A stretch of 64,000 nt of DNA from an uncultured Gammaproteobacteria bacterium (GTDB taxonomy: Bacteria > Pseudomonadota > Gammaproteobacteria > UBA9214). Positions 47,958 to 58,342 of this stretch are shown here, in pieces. The stretch is taken from assembly GCA_963827755.1 (NCBI GenBank), contig CAWHCQ010000021.1:96001-160000 (forward strand), in the 5' to 3' direction. Every line of letters starts with the position of its first letter. The first letter of the stretch is position 1. The position numbers and the translations under genes were made by a program. The notes under the pieces are model-generated. The model was not told the DNA's origin and did no database searches. It worked only from the letters and a program-made list of their open reading frames with translations.

Positions 47958-48485
47958 TCAGGTCTCATCCTGCCGGCCATGGCCGCTGATCAGCAGAATG
48001 CTTTTCAGGAGGATGGCGCAGCCTTGCAGCATCAACAGCACCGCCATTACCGGCATGGTTGTCTTCAGCAGGTATACCGCATTGAGTCCGCCGGCTTCCT
48101 GCGAACCTTCCCGAACCGACCAGGACAGGGCAACATAATCCAGGCTGGAGAAGAGGATAAATCCGCATACCGGAAACAGCAGTAACAGGGTTCCTGCCAG
48201 GTTGATCCATGCGCGGGTGCGAAGGCTTTGCCTGCTGTAGAAGATATCAACGCGCACATGGCCATCTTCTTTCAGTGTCCAGGCAGCGCCGAGCATAAAC
48301 ACGCAGGCGTGCAGGTAGGTAATGGATTCCTGCAGGGCGATGGAGCCGGTATTGAAAAGATAACGCAGCACCACGACGGTAAAGGTGATCAGCACCATTG
48401 CAAGCGTCAGCCAGGAAATAATGCGCCCGGTTATTTCTGCGAATCGATCAAGTTTGTTCGCGGTTGATTGCAGCAGCGGGTACAT
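47958..48485 (-). CDS. dctQ: TRAP transporter small permease
   Basis: VVLRYLF, HVRVD and four TMs. Confidence 0.92.
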   Translation of the reverse strand: MYPLLQSTANKLDRFAEITGRIISWLTLAMVLITFTVVVLRYLFNTGSIALQESITYLHACVFMLGAAWTLKEDGHVRVDIFYSRQSLRTRAWINLAGTLLLLFPVCGFILFSSLDYVALSWSVREGSQEAGGLNAVYLLKTTMPVMAVLLMLQGCAILLKSILLISGHGRQDET

Positions 48486-48536
48486 TTCAGTCGACAGTCG
48501 TGAAAACGGACACCGGGGTTGTTGGCGGTGCCGCTG

Positions 48537-48866
48537 CTACCAGCGGTGGATCATCCACTGGGGTACCATGATTCCCGGGTCCAGCTTGTTGTACCTGGAT
48601 TCCAGCTTGCCATCGCCGTCAGCGTCGATCAGGTAGTAGGGCAGGCCAATACCGGGAGTGATCTTGACCATGTAGAGCTCGCCATTCATGCGGTATTCCT
48701 CGATCGTGGCGCTGTCTTTTTTGATAATCCTGACTTCCGGCTCCATCTCTTCACCGGCGGGACCGGTCTGCGGCAGCGCGGGTGCGTTCAGCGGTTCCAG
48801 TACCTGTGGTTCTGCTGCCAGCGGCAGGGATGCTGCAAGCAGCGTGAACAATAAAATATTTCGCAT
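48537..48866 (-). CDS. DUF2782 family protein
   Basis: EEYRMNGELYMVKITP..G.PYYLIDADGDG; next to polA. Confidence 0.85.
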   Translation of the reverse strand: MRNILLFTLLAASLPLAAEPQVLEPLNAPALPQTGPAGEEMEPEVRIIKKDSATIEEYRMNGELYMVKITPGIGLPYYLIDADGDGKLESRYNKLDPGIMVPQWMIHRW

Positions 48867-48870
48867 GATT

Positions 48871-49006
48871 TTATTCCTGTAGTTCGAGAAGCTTGTTCCC
48901 GTTCCCGTTCGGAGGGTTCAAGGCCCTTGTGTTCATGATAATCTAAAATCGCGTCAACGACTTCCTTCGGGTCGTTCAATATCCGGAAACGGGTTTCGTT
49001 GCTCAT
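48871..49006 (-). pseudogene. Remnant of a LOG/TIGR00730 family gene (start fused to C-terminus)
   Basis: MSNETR-FRILNDPKEVVDAILDYHEHKGLEPSERERE-(shift)-KLLELQE*, resembling the LOG C-terminus at its usual polA-DUF2782 position. Confidence 0.6.
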
Positions 49007-49117
49007 GGCGGGTATTGTCGGGTCCCTGTTGGGGCTGCAGCGGCCATGTCGACCGATTTGTGACTGCTTTGATGATACCATGTTGCCTGCATATCAATTC
49101 GACAACAACAATCCGTC

Positions 49118-51836
49118 ATGCCTGAAAAACAGTCCGGACCCCTGATACTGGTAGATGGTTCATCCTATCTTTACCGAGCCTTTCATGTTCCCCAGCTGCA
49201 GCAACTGACCGACTCGCGGGGTGAGCAGACGGGGGCGGCCTACGGCGTTATCAACATGCTGCGCAGCCTGTTGTCCGAGTACCGGCCGGAATACATGGCG
49301 GTGGTATTCGATGCCCGCGGCAAGAACTTTCGCCACGAGATGTACAAGGAATACAAGGCCAACAGGCCGCCGATGCCGGACGAACTGGCCTCGCAGGTCG
49401 AGCCGCTGCATGCCATGGTGCGGGCGCTGGGTCTGCCGCTGCTGATCATCGAGGGCGTGGAGGCGGACGATGTCATCGGCACGCTGGCGCGGCGGGCCGC
49501 CGAACAGGGCATGCAGACGGTGATCTCGACCGGGGACAAGGATATGGCGCAACTGGTGGGGCCGCAGGTCACGCTGATCAACACCATGTCGCGGACCACG
49601 CTCGACCCGGCCGGGGTCGAGGAGAAATTCGGCATCCCGCCCGGGCGCATCATCGACTACCTGGCCCTGACGGGCGACAGCTCGGACAATATTCCCGGTA
49701 TCCCCAAGGTCGGGCCGAAGACGGCGGCAAAGTGGCTGACCGAGTATGGCTCGCTCGACGAAGTGATCGCGCATGCCGGCGAGATCAAGGGCAAGGTCGG
49801 TGAAAGCCTGCGCGACAACCTCGATACCCTGGCACTGTCGCGCAAGCTGGTGACCATTGATTGCGATGTGGCGCTGGAACAGGCGCCGGAGCAATTGCGC
49901 ATCCAGCCGGCGGACGTGGACGGCTTGCGGGAGTGGTATACGCGGCTGGATTTCAAGCGCTGGCTGGAAGAGCTGGGTGCTGGCGGGGAGGCGCCGCCAG
50001 CAACTGCCGACGGCGCCGCGACGAATCCGGAGTATGAAACGATTTTGACCCGGGACCAGTTTGCGGCCTGGCTGAAAAAGTTGGAGCAGGCCGAGCTGAT
50101 CGCCATCGATACCGAGACCACCAGCCTGGAATACACGGCGGCGCGTATTGTCGGCGTGTCGTTTGCAGTCGCGCCCGGTGAGGCCGCCTACCTGCCGCTG
50201 GCACATGACTATGTCGGTGCGCCGGAACAGCTGAACCGCGAGTCGGTGCTGCAGGAATTACGCCCGATACTGGAAAATAAAGATATCTATAAAGTTGGTC
50301 ATAACCTTAAATATGACAGAAATGTTCTTGCAAATCATGATATTAAATTATCAGGCATACGCTTCGACAGCATGCTGGAGTCCTACGTGCTGGACAGCAC
50401 CGCCACCCGCCACAACATGGATGCGGTGGCCCTGAAGTACCTGGGACACACCACCATCAAGTTTGAAGAGGTTGCCGGCAAGGGGAAAAACCAGCTGACA
50501 TTTAACCAGGTACCCATTGAAACGGCGGCCCCCTATGCCGCGGAAGATGCCGATATTACCTTGCGCCTGCACCAGGCGATGTGGCCGAAACTGAGCGCTG
50601 TACCCTTGCTGGAAAAGATTTTCATGGAGGTCGAGATGCCGCTGGTGACGGTGCTGTCCGATATGGAACAGACCGGTGTCGCCATCGATATTGCCATGCT
50701 GGAAAAACAAAGCGAGGAACTCGCCAGACGTATTTCAGAAATTGAACAGCAGGCCTGGGACGAGGCCGGGCAGTCGTTTAACCTGGGATCGCCGAAACAG
50801 ATCCAGGAGCTGCTGTACGACAAGCTGCAAACTGCCGGTCATTTCCAAGACGCCGAAGGGGTCGCCTTCAACGGCGGAGTCAGTCCTCGCGGAGCTGGCG
50901 CTGGATTATCCCCTGCCGGCCATGATCCTGGAGTGGCGCTCCTTCAGTAAACTGAAGTCCACCTATACCGACAAGCTGCCACTCCAGGTCAGCCCGCATA
51001 CCGGCCGCATACATACCTCTTATCACCAGGCCGTGGCCGCGACCGGTCGACTTTCATCATCCGATCCGAACCTGCAGAACATCCCGGTGCGCACCGGGGA
51101 AGGGCGGCGCATTCGCCAGGCATTTGTGGCAAAGCCGGGATGCAAATTGCTGGCGGCCGATTATTCCCAGATCGAGTTGCGCATCATGGCGCACCTGTCC
51201 TCGGACAAGGGTTTGCTGCAGGCCTTTTCGGAGGGTACCGACGTGCACCGGGCCACGGCGGCCGAGGTGTTCGGGGTGAAGCCCATGGAAGTCAGTGCCG
51301 AGCAGCGGCGCTCCGCCAAGGCGATCAACTTCGGCCTGATCTACGGAATGTCGGCCTTCGGGCTGGCGCGGCAGCTGGGTATCGCGCGCGGTGCCGCGCA
51401 GGAGTATATCGACCTGTATTTCCAGCGTTATCCGGGGGTGCAGAGCTACATGGAGGCCACTCGCGAACAGGCTCGCGCGCAGGGCTACGTCGAGACCGTC
51501 TTCGGCAGGCGCCTGTATTTGCCTGAAATCAAATCAAAAAATGGCCAGCGCCGGGCCGCGGCCGAGCGTACCGCGATCAATGCACCGATGCAGGGCACGG
51601 CGGCCGACATCATCAAGCACGCCATGATCGACCTGCATGCGTGGCTTGGCTCGGACACCGGCCTCGACATCACCATGATCATGCAGGTCCACGACGAGCT
51701 GGTGTTCGAGGTGGCTGAAGCCGACCTCGAGGCTGCCCGGGCGCCGATTACCGCGCATATGTGCGCGGCGGCCGATCTCAAGGTGCCGCTGGTGGTCGAT
51801 ATCGGCAGCGGCGTAAACTGGGACGAGGCTCATTAG
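49118..51836 (+). CDS. polA: DNA polymerase I (+1 indel near 50830)
   Basis: [18 protein letters not shown] exonuclease motif, [19 protein letters not shown] and QVHDEL. Confidence 0.98.
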
Positions 51837-51850
51837 TTGCGCCGCGTGGC

Positions 51851-51878
51851 GGAACCTTCAGCAGGCAAAGCGGTCACA
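51851..51878 (+). promoter_or_regulatory. sigmaE/AlgU-type promoter
   Basis: GGAACCT-N16-TCACA. Confidence 0.55.
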
Positions 51879-51884
51879 GAATTT

Positions 51885-51995
51885 ACGGAGGATCTGGTCC
51901 CATTCCCCCTCCCTGAATGGGATACCCTCCAGACCGATTCTTCGGAGTCGGGTTTTTAAGCCCCGGCATTTTTTCCCTGTTGCCGGGGCTTTTTT
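51885..51995 (+). ncRNA. Candidate ~110-nt sRNA at the Spot42/ErsA position
   Basis: Hairpin TCCCATTC/GAATGGGA with CCCCTCCCT loop, C(UUCG)G hairpin at 51934-51951, terminator AAGCCCCGGCA/TGCCGGGGCTT plus U-run. Confidence 0.6.
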
Positions 51996-52107
51996 ATACC
52001 CGTGAAGTGAATCGAATTGACGGCAAAATGTTGTTAAATACAACTTATTGCTGTGATATGCCTTTAATTCCATGAAAAGTGAAAAAGACATTCATAGCCG
52101 GCCCCGG

Positions 52108-52749
52108 TCAAGGATCCTTCGCGATGCCCGGGGCGGCTCGGGCCGGCTCGTCCGCCAATCCCAGCCACTGGTCCAGCACCTGCCGGACCTGTTCGCAGCC
52201 CTCGCGGTTGTGCGCAGAGAACAGTTGTACGCTGGCCTGGGCATGCCATTCGGGGAGTTGCTTGCGAACCTTCATCAGGGTGGCCCTGGCAGGTCCGCGT
52301 TTCAGCTTGTCGGCCTTGGTGAGCAGGACATGGGTCGGTAATCCGGCCGCATGGCACCAGCTGAGCACTTGCCGGTCGGTGTCCTTGAAGGGGTGGCGAA
52401 TATCCATTAACAGGATGACGCCGCAGAGCGACTGGCGGGTTTCCAGGTAGCGGGCGATATGGCGTTGCCACTGGATTTTCATTGACCTGGAAACCTTGGC
52501 GTAACCATAGCCGGGCAGGTCGACCAGTCTCAGCTGGTCACGCACCTCGAAAAAATTGATCTCGCGGGTACGCCCCGGGGCCTTGCTGATGCGTGCCAGG
52601 GACCTTTGCCCGGTTATCACGTTGAGTGCACTGGATTTTCCGGCATTGGAGCGGCCGGCAAAGGCCACCTCTGCGCCGCTATCCGCCGGCGCATGGCGTG
52701 CATCGGGCGTGCCGAGAATAAAACGGGTCTGTTGATAATGGTTGTTCAT
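52108..52749 (-). CDS. yihA: Ribosome biogenesis GTPase YihA/EngB
   Basis: GRSNAGKSS, PGRT, DLPGYG and TKAD. Confidence 0.96.
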   Translation of the reverse strand: MNNHYQQTRFILGTPDARHAPADSGAEVAFAGRSNAGKSSALNVITGQRSLARISKAPGRTREINFFEVRDQLRLVDLPGYGYAKVSRSMKIQWQRHIARYLETRQSLCGVILLMDIRHPFKDTDRQVLSWCHAAGLPTHVLLTKADKLKRGPARATLMKVRKQLPEWHAQASVQLFSAHNREGCEQVRQVLDQWLGLADEPARAAPGIAKDP

Positions 52750-52814
52750 GGCCGGGGTGTGCATTAAACGCGACCCGGCGTCTGTTTGAAAGTGGCCTGG
52801 CGCAGATTGTTCAG

Positions 52815-52843
52815 TTGACCCCTTGCGCTCAGGCAGGTATAAA
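52815..52843 (+). promoter_or_regulatory. sigma70 promoter of cytochrome c4
   Basis: TTGACC-N17-TATAAA. Confidence 0.65.
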
Positions 52844-52940
52844 AAGAGCCCTTTTTCGCCGCCACGCAGGCGCGTATTTTTACCGAGACATTGTCCAGCC
52901 CGCCGGAATGTTGGCAGGGCGCTACCGGAGCAGCATTGAA

Positions 52941-53552
52941 ATGAAGAACTGGCTAATTATCTCAACCACATTGCTCATCGCTGTCGGCATGGGCCAGGCC
53001 CAGGCCGCAGGTGATCCGCTGGCCGGCAAGTCGAAGGCGGAGCAGTGTGCGGCCTGTCATGGCGCGGATGGCAACAGCCTCAATCCGGAATGGCCCAAGC
53101 TGGCCGGGCAGCATGAAGGCTATCTGGTAAAGCAACTGTATTATTTCGAGGATGGCGAGCGGGAAAATGCCACCATGAAGCCGATGGCAAATGTACTCGA
53201 TGCACAGGGACGTGAAGATGTCGCGGCCTATTATGCCAGCCAGAAGGTCAAGACGGGTATGGCCGACCCCGAGCTGGTGGAACTGGGCGAGCAGATCTAT
53301 CGCAGCGGCAATGCCGTCAGTGGCGTGGCACCCTGCATGGGCTGTCATGGACCAAATGGTGCGGGCAATCCTGCCGCGCTGTACCCTGCATTGCGTGGTC
53401 AGCATGCCAAGTATGTGGAAAACCAGTTGCATGGTTTTGCCGAGGGCAAGCGGGTAAACGAAAATGCCAAGAAGATGATGCAGATCCTTGCCTCGCGTAT
53501 GACCAACCGGGAGATCAAGGCCGTCGCCAGTTACATTCAGGGGCTGCACTGA
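52941..53552 (+). CDS. Dihaem cytochrome c4
   Basis: Signal peptide, CAACH and CMGCH; yihA-c4-dsbA synteny. Confidence 0.93.
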   Translation: MKNWLIISTTLLIAVGMGQAQAAGDPLAGKSKAEQCAACHGADGNSLNPEWPKLAGQHEGYLVKQLYYFEDGERENATMKPMANVLDAQGREDVAAYYASQKVKTGMADPELVELGEQIYRSGNAVSGVAPCMGCHGPNGAGNPAALYPALRGQHAKYVENQLHGFAEGKRVNENAKKMMQILASRMTNREIKAVASYIQGLH

Positions 53553-53835
53553 ACAGCGTGCCCCGGCCTGTGTGACCCGGATTCCGCCGGGTTCTGCGTA
53601 GTTAACGGTTGTACATTTTTCGCCGCCCCCCGGATGTCGCAGCCCGGCGGAGAAGCCCCGGGATTCAGTGAAACCTGTGCGCTGATTGCGTGTCAGAACC
53701 TGCAGCCTTGCTGTACGGCGGTTGGCCTGGGGGAGTGTAACTGGCTTGAATGTCACCCGGTTAGCCTTTTCCGGTGTTAATATTTTTGTCAGGCCTGCAT
53801 ACCTGTGGTGAACTCTAAACGTGGAGTTGTTTATT

Positions 53836-54463
53836 ATGAAGACTGTATCAAGATGGATCTTTGCCCTGTTGTTGCCGATGCTCGTTTCGCTAACAGCCTG
53901 TGCAGAAGCTTATACGCAAGGCCAGGATTTACGAGCTGTCCAACCCGCAGCCGACGTCCAGCGGCGACAGGATCGAGGTGGTGGAATTATTCTGGTACGG
54001 ATGTCCGCACTGTTATTACCTTGAGCCCAACCTGAAGGAATGGCTGGCCAGCAAGCCGGATGATGTCGAATTCGTGCGCATGCCGGCAATTGTCTCGGCG
54101 AGCGCTGGGAATTTCTGGCGAAGGCCTACTACACGGCGGAATTGCTCGACGTTGTCGACAAGACACATATCGCCCTGTTTGATGCGCTGCACAGGGAAAA
54201 ACGGAAAATCACCGATGAGGCGGCACTGCAGGACTTTTTTGTTGCCCAGGGTGTCACTGCCGAGGACGTTCAAAAATACCTTCAACTCGTTTGCTGTGAA
54301 TGTGAAAGTCAACAATGCCAGGCAGATGACGCGACGTTATGCGATTACCGGGGTGCCGGCGATCGTCGTAAATGGCAAGTACAGTACCAGTGTGGGCATG
54401 GCGCGCGGCAATGAGGAAGTTATCAGGGTAATGAACTACCTTATTGAAAAGGAGCGCAAGTAA
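53836..54463 (+). CDS. dsbA: Thiol:disulfide interchange protein DsbA (about 3 indels)
   Basis: ELFWYGCPHC and GVPAIVVNGKY. Confidence 0.9.
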
Positions 54464-54585
54464 ATTCCGGTGACTGAAGATATACAGGGATTTGCCGACT
54501 ATGCATGAAAGGGTCGACAATTGTTCAGCGTCTCGCTGGTCGGCACGACAGAGTCAAACAGAATAAGGGATCAGAAGTAGTTATC

Positions 54586-55416
54586 ATGGCCGGTTCATCA
54601 ACTTCAGCGCAGCAGTTTTCCGGGTCCCGGACCCCGGATGGTGTGGATTTCAATATGGGTCAACGTATCCGCCTGCTCAGTTACAATATCCAGGCGGGTA
54701 TCAGGACGGCGCGGTATCGTCACTACATCACGCGCAGCTGGAAACACGTACTGCCCCATGCACAACGCTTCAGCAATCTTGACCGTATCGCACACCTGGT
54801 AAAGAGCTATGATGTCGTTGGTTTGCAGGAGCTTGATGCGGGCAGCCTGCGCAGTGGCTATGTAAACCTGACGCAGTACCTCAGCGAGAAGTCTGATTTG
54901 CCCTTCTGGTATGACCAGACCAACCGCCGTATCGGGCGTTTTGCCTCTCACAGTAGCGGTGTCCTCAGTCGTTTTAGCCCGACCGAGATTGTTGAACATC
55001 GCCTGCCGGGCCGGATTCCGGGGCGCGGTGCCTTGTTCATCCGCTATGGCTCAAAGAAAGATTCGCTGGTGGTGCTTATCGTGCACATGGCATTGAGTCG
55101 TCGTGTGCGCATGGTGCAGTTCGACTACATCAGCGAGATCGTCAATGAATACCGCCACGTTGTCCTGATGGGCGATCTGAATTGCGGCTCTGACAGCAAG
55201 GAAATGGATTACCTGATCAACCGTACCCTGATGCGCGAACCGGCCCATGATATGCACACCTTTCCCAGCTGGCGACCGCAGCAGAATATCGACCATATCC
55301 TGGTCACGCCGACACTCCAGGTCGACCACGTCAAGGCGCTGAACTTTTCCCTCTCCGACCATTTGCCGGTCGAGATGCAAATTACCCTGCCGGACTCGAT
55401 AGTGCTGGGTAGTTGA
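54586..55416 (+). CDS. Endonuclease/exonuclease/phosphatase family protein
   Basis: SYNIQ, LQE, GDLN, IDHI and SDH motifs. Confidence 0.9.
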   Translation: MAGSSTSAQQFSGSRTPDGVDFNMGQRIRLLSYNIQAGIRTARYRHYITRSWKHVLPHAQRFSNLDRIAHLVKSYDVVGLQELDAGSLRSGYVNLTQYLSEKSDLPFWYDQTNRRIGRFASHSSGVLSRFSPTEIVEHRLPGRIPGRGALFIRYGSKKDSLVVLIVHMALSRRVRMVQFDYISEIVNEYRHVVLMGDLNCGSDSKEMDYLINRTLMREPAHDMHTFPSWRPQQNIDHILVTPTLQVDHVKALNFSLSDHLPVEMQITLPDSIVLGS

Positions 55417-55522
55417 TAGGACTCACTGTCCCGATCTAGATAGGCACGCCCATCGTATTTCGCGCGAGCGGCAGGAACGATGAGACCGAAAGATCCTCCA
55501 ACCAGGTTGTCGGCCTGCTGGA

Positions 55523-55928
55523 CTAGATGTTTCTGTAGAGATCGTTCAACAGCAACTCCGCAAAACCGACGATACCCTTGAGTTCTCCGTAGTCGATGAC
55601 CGGCGCATAGGAAAAACCGAAATTGCTAAACAGGCGCGCACAGTAGCGGATATCCATATCAGGATCGACACCAACGACCGGCTTGGTCATGACTTCATAG
55701 ACGTTGACACGTTCGGGAGCACGGTCGACCGCCAGTACTTTATGTGCAATATCGGTCAGCAGCACGATGCCATATTCATCATTATCATGGCGTTTGTCGA
55801 CGATCAGGACACGCCTGCCGTACTTCTTTCATTATGTCCAGCGCCTCGTCTACCATGAGCATTCCGTCGACAAGCTGGTAGTTGTCGGTCATGACATCAC
55901 GGACGCGAATGATTTTTTTTTCACTCAT
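55523..55928 (-). CDS. CBS domain protein (indel near 55825)
   Basis: MSEKKIIRVRDVM...DEYGIVLLTDIA...VYEVMTKPV...IRYCARLF. Confidence 0.85.
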
Positions 55929-56274
55929 AGTTTTTCCTCCACATAGGGCCTAGCTTGGTGATCTGCCGGGCAACTCCGACGGCATCCTCGACATCGATCT
56001 GGAAGGCGATTCCGGACCCGGGGTTGCTGTCGAATTCACCTATACGTGCTATGGCTTCGAGGATATCACGGCTCATGTGCTCCTCGACGAGGAACATCAG
56101 CATGTCGCGCTGGGTTTCCAGGTTCAGGCCGAAAAATGTTTTTTCCACCTCTATACCTTCACCACGGACCTGGTTCAGCACGGTTGCGCCGGTTGCGCCG
56201 GCCTCGCGGGCGGTGTTCATGATCTTGTCGGTCTTTTCATCCCTGACCAGGGCAATGATTAATTTAAATTGCAT
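55921..56274 (-). CDS. PII-like protein (true stop probably 55925 after an indel)
   Basis: FKLIIALV, GATGATV...RGEG and GSGIAFQIDVEDAVG. Confidence 0.88.
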   Translation of the reverse strand: MQFKLIIALVRDEKTDKIMNTAREAGATGATVLNQVRGEGIEVEKTFFGLNLETQRDMLMFLVEEHMSRDILEAIARIGEFDSNPGSGIAFQIDVEDAVGVARQITKLGPMWRKNYE

Positions 56275-56299
56275 GGCTGTTTACCTCTCTCATCTGAAT

Positions 56300-57125
56300 T
56301 CACTTAATAATGCATCTGTCATTGCTGTCATTGCTGTCCTGCGACTGCTGGCGCTGTTGCCGCCTGTTCCACCATGCACCGAGTTGTGCATAGCCGATGA
56401 CGGAAATGATCGGGAACAGGCATGGCAAAGGCGATCAGCCCAAAACCGTCGAGCAGCGGGCTGCGTCCCGGAATGGTGCTCGCCAGCCCGATTCCGAGTG
56501 CTGCAACCAGCGGCACCGTCACGGTGGACGTGGTGACACCGCCCGAGTCGTAGGCCAGCGCGATGATCATGCGCGGTGCAAACAGTGTTTGAATGACCAC
56601 GACGATATAGCCGGCGATGATGTAGTAGTGCAGCGGGGTGCCGGTGACAATACGGAAGGTGCCGAGTGCAATACCGATGGCCACGCCGATCGCAACGGCG
56701 ACACGCAGGCCCCAGACGCTGATGGCACCGGCTGGAAACCTGGTTGGCCTTGATGGCCACGGCGATCAGCGCGGGTTCCGCAATGGTGGTGGAAAAACCG
56801 ATGGCCGCGGCAAACAGGTAGACCCAGGTGTAGTCGCTCCAGTGCAATGCACTGGCGGGCACGTGCAGCCGCACCGCTGATGAATGCCGGGTCGGTCAGT
56901 TGCTGTGCCATCAGCTTGCCGATCGGGAACAGCGCCTCTTCCAGGCCGACGAGGAACAGTGTCAGGCCAACCAGCACGTAGATAAAGCCGATCAGCACGC
57001 TTTTCAGGTTGCGGGATACTCTGGCGCAGCACCAGCAACTGGAAGCCGAAAATGATGGCAACGATGGGCAGGACATCCAGTACCGTCGACAGGCCCGTGT
57101 GTAACAGGTGTGCCAGCAGTTCCAT
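56300..57125 (-). CDS. DUF1538 family membrane protein, second paralog (several indels)
   Basis: [29 protein letters not shown] and DGFGLIAFA across frames. Confidence 0.85.
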
Positions 57126-57856
57126 CAGATGATCATGCCGTAGGCCATGACGAAGATCATCGGGGTCAGCGAGGCAAATGCGATCAGGCCGAAGCCGTCG
57201 ACCATCGGGTTGCGCCCCTTGATACTTTCGGCAAGACCGACACCGAGTGCCGTGACCAGCGGTACGGTGACGGTGGAGGTGGTGACGCCGCCTGAATCAT
57301 AGGCAATGCCGATGATTTCCGGTGGTGCGAAGGCCGTCATGATCACCACGCCGATATAGCCACCGATAATCAGGTACTGGATCGGCCAGCCCCTGACAAT
57401 GCGGTAGACACCGGCGACGATGGCGAAGCCGACGGACAGTGCCACGGTGATGCGCAGGCCCAGGGCATAGCTGTCGATGGCCTCGGGCTGGTCCGCGATG
57501 GCGCCACCAGCCGCCGCAATCCGGGCGGCCTCACCGGCCACCGCGGTCAGTGCCGGTTCGGCGATCGTGGTGCCGAAACCGAGCGCAAAGGCAAATACCA
57601 GCAGCCAGGGGAGGTTTGCCTTGCGTGCGAAGGCATAGGCAATGGATTCACCGATCGGGAACAGGGCCTGTTCCAGGCCGCGGACGAAAAACGCCAGGCC
57701 CAGCACGACCAGCAGACAGCCGCTGATCACGCGCGCCAGGTCGGGGAACGGCTGCTGTATGACGACCAGCTGGAAGAAGGCCACAACCAGGACGATTGGC
57801 AGCAGGTCGCGCACGCTGGAGAGAATGGAATCAATAAAGTGGCGTAGCTGTTCCAA
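57125..57856 (-). CDS. DUF1538 family membrane protein, first paralog
   Basis: [28 protein letters not shown] and [10 protein letters not shown]. Confidence 0.9.
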   Translation of the reverse strand: MEQLRHFIDSILSSVRDLLPIVLVVAFFQLVVIQQPFPDLARVISGCLLVVLGLAFFVRGLEQALFPIGESIAYAFARKANLPWLLVFAFALGFGTTIAEPALTAVAGEAARIAAAGGAIADQPEAIDSYALGLRITVALSVGFAIVAGVYRIVRGWPIQYLIIGGYIGVVIMTAFAPPEIIGIAYDSGGVTTSTVTVPLVTALGVGLAESIKGRNPMVDGFGLIAFASLTPMIFVMAYGMII

Positions 57857-57976
57857 TTCTGCGGTTCCCCTGTTGCAAATGGTGTCTTTGCGATATCCTG
57901 CTTTTTATCGGTCGACATAACAGCCGTGCGGCAGCCTGTTTTTCCGGCATGCACGTATCATGGCAAGAGACGATAG

Positions 57977-58303
57977 ATGATAACTGGTTTGCGAAAATAC
58001 GCCTACCTGATTTCGGCGCTGGCCATTGCCTGCTTCTTCCTGTTTCCGGAACCGAGTATCGCGATTATCGGTGCCCTGTTGCTGCAGACGCTGGCCTTCA
58101 TCATGATTGCCGGACAATCGACGGCTGACGGTATTGTACTGACCGGTATCACGATACTCCTGATCGGCTTTATGCCTGCCGACCATCCGCTGATCAGGGG
58201 GCCGTATCTCGATGACATCAGGCCCTGGATTCTGGTTACCGGCATCGTTGTTCTCGTTATCGGCCTGCTGCTGATGCGCAAGCAGGTCCATCACGGCCAT
58301 TGA
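57977..58303 (+). CDS. Small hypothetical membrane protein (~4 TM)
   Basis: 108-aa hydrophobic ORF filling the intergenic gap. Confidence 0.65.
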   Translation: MITGLRKYAYLISALAIACFFLFPEPSIAIIGALLLQTLAFIMIAGQSTADGIVLTGITILLIGFMPADHPLIRGPYLDDIRPWILVTGIVVLVIGLLLMRKQVHHGH

Positions 58304-58342
58304 TCCTGCATAACCGTGGCAAGCAAGCCGCTGTCATGGCCG

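Noticed and set aside
55478-55500. Hammerhead-like ACGATGAG-ACC-GAAA-GAT
   Set aside because: Lacks the CUGAUGA and GAAA-C core and closing stems.
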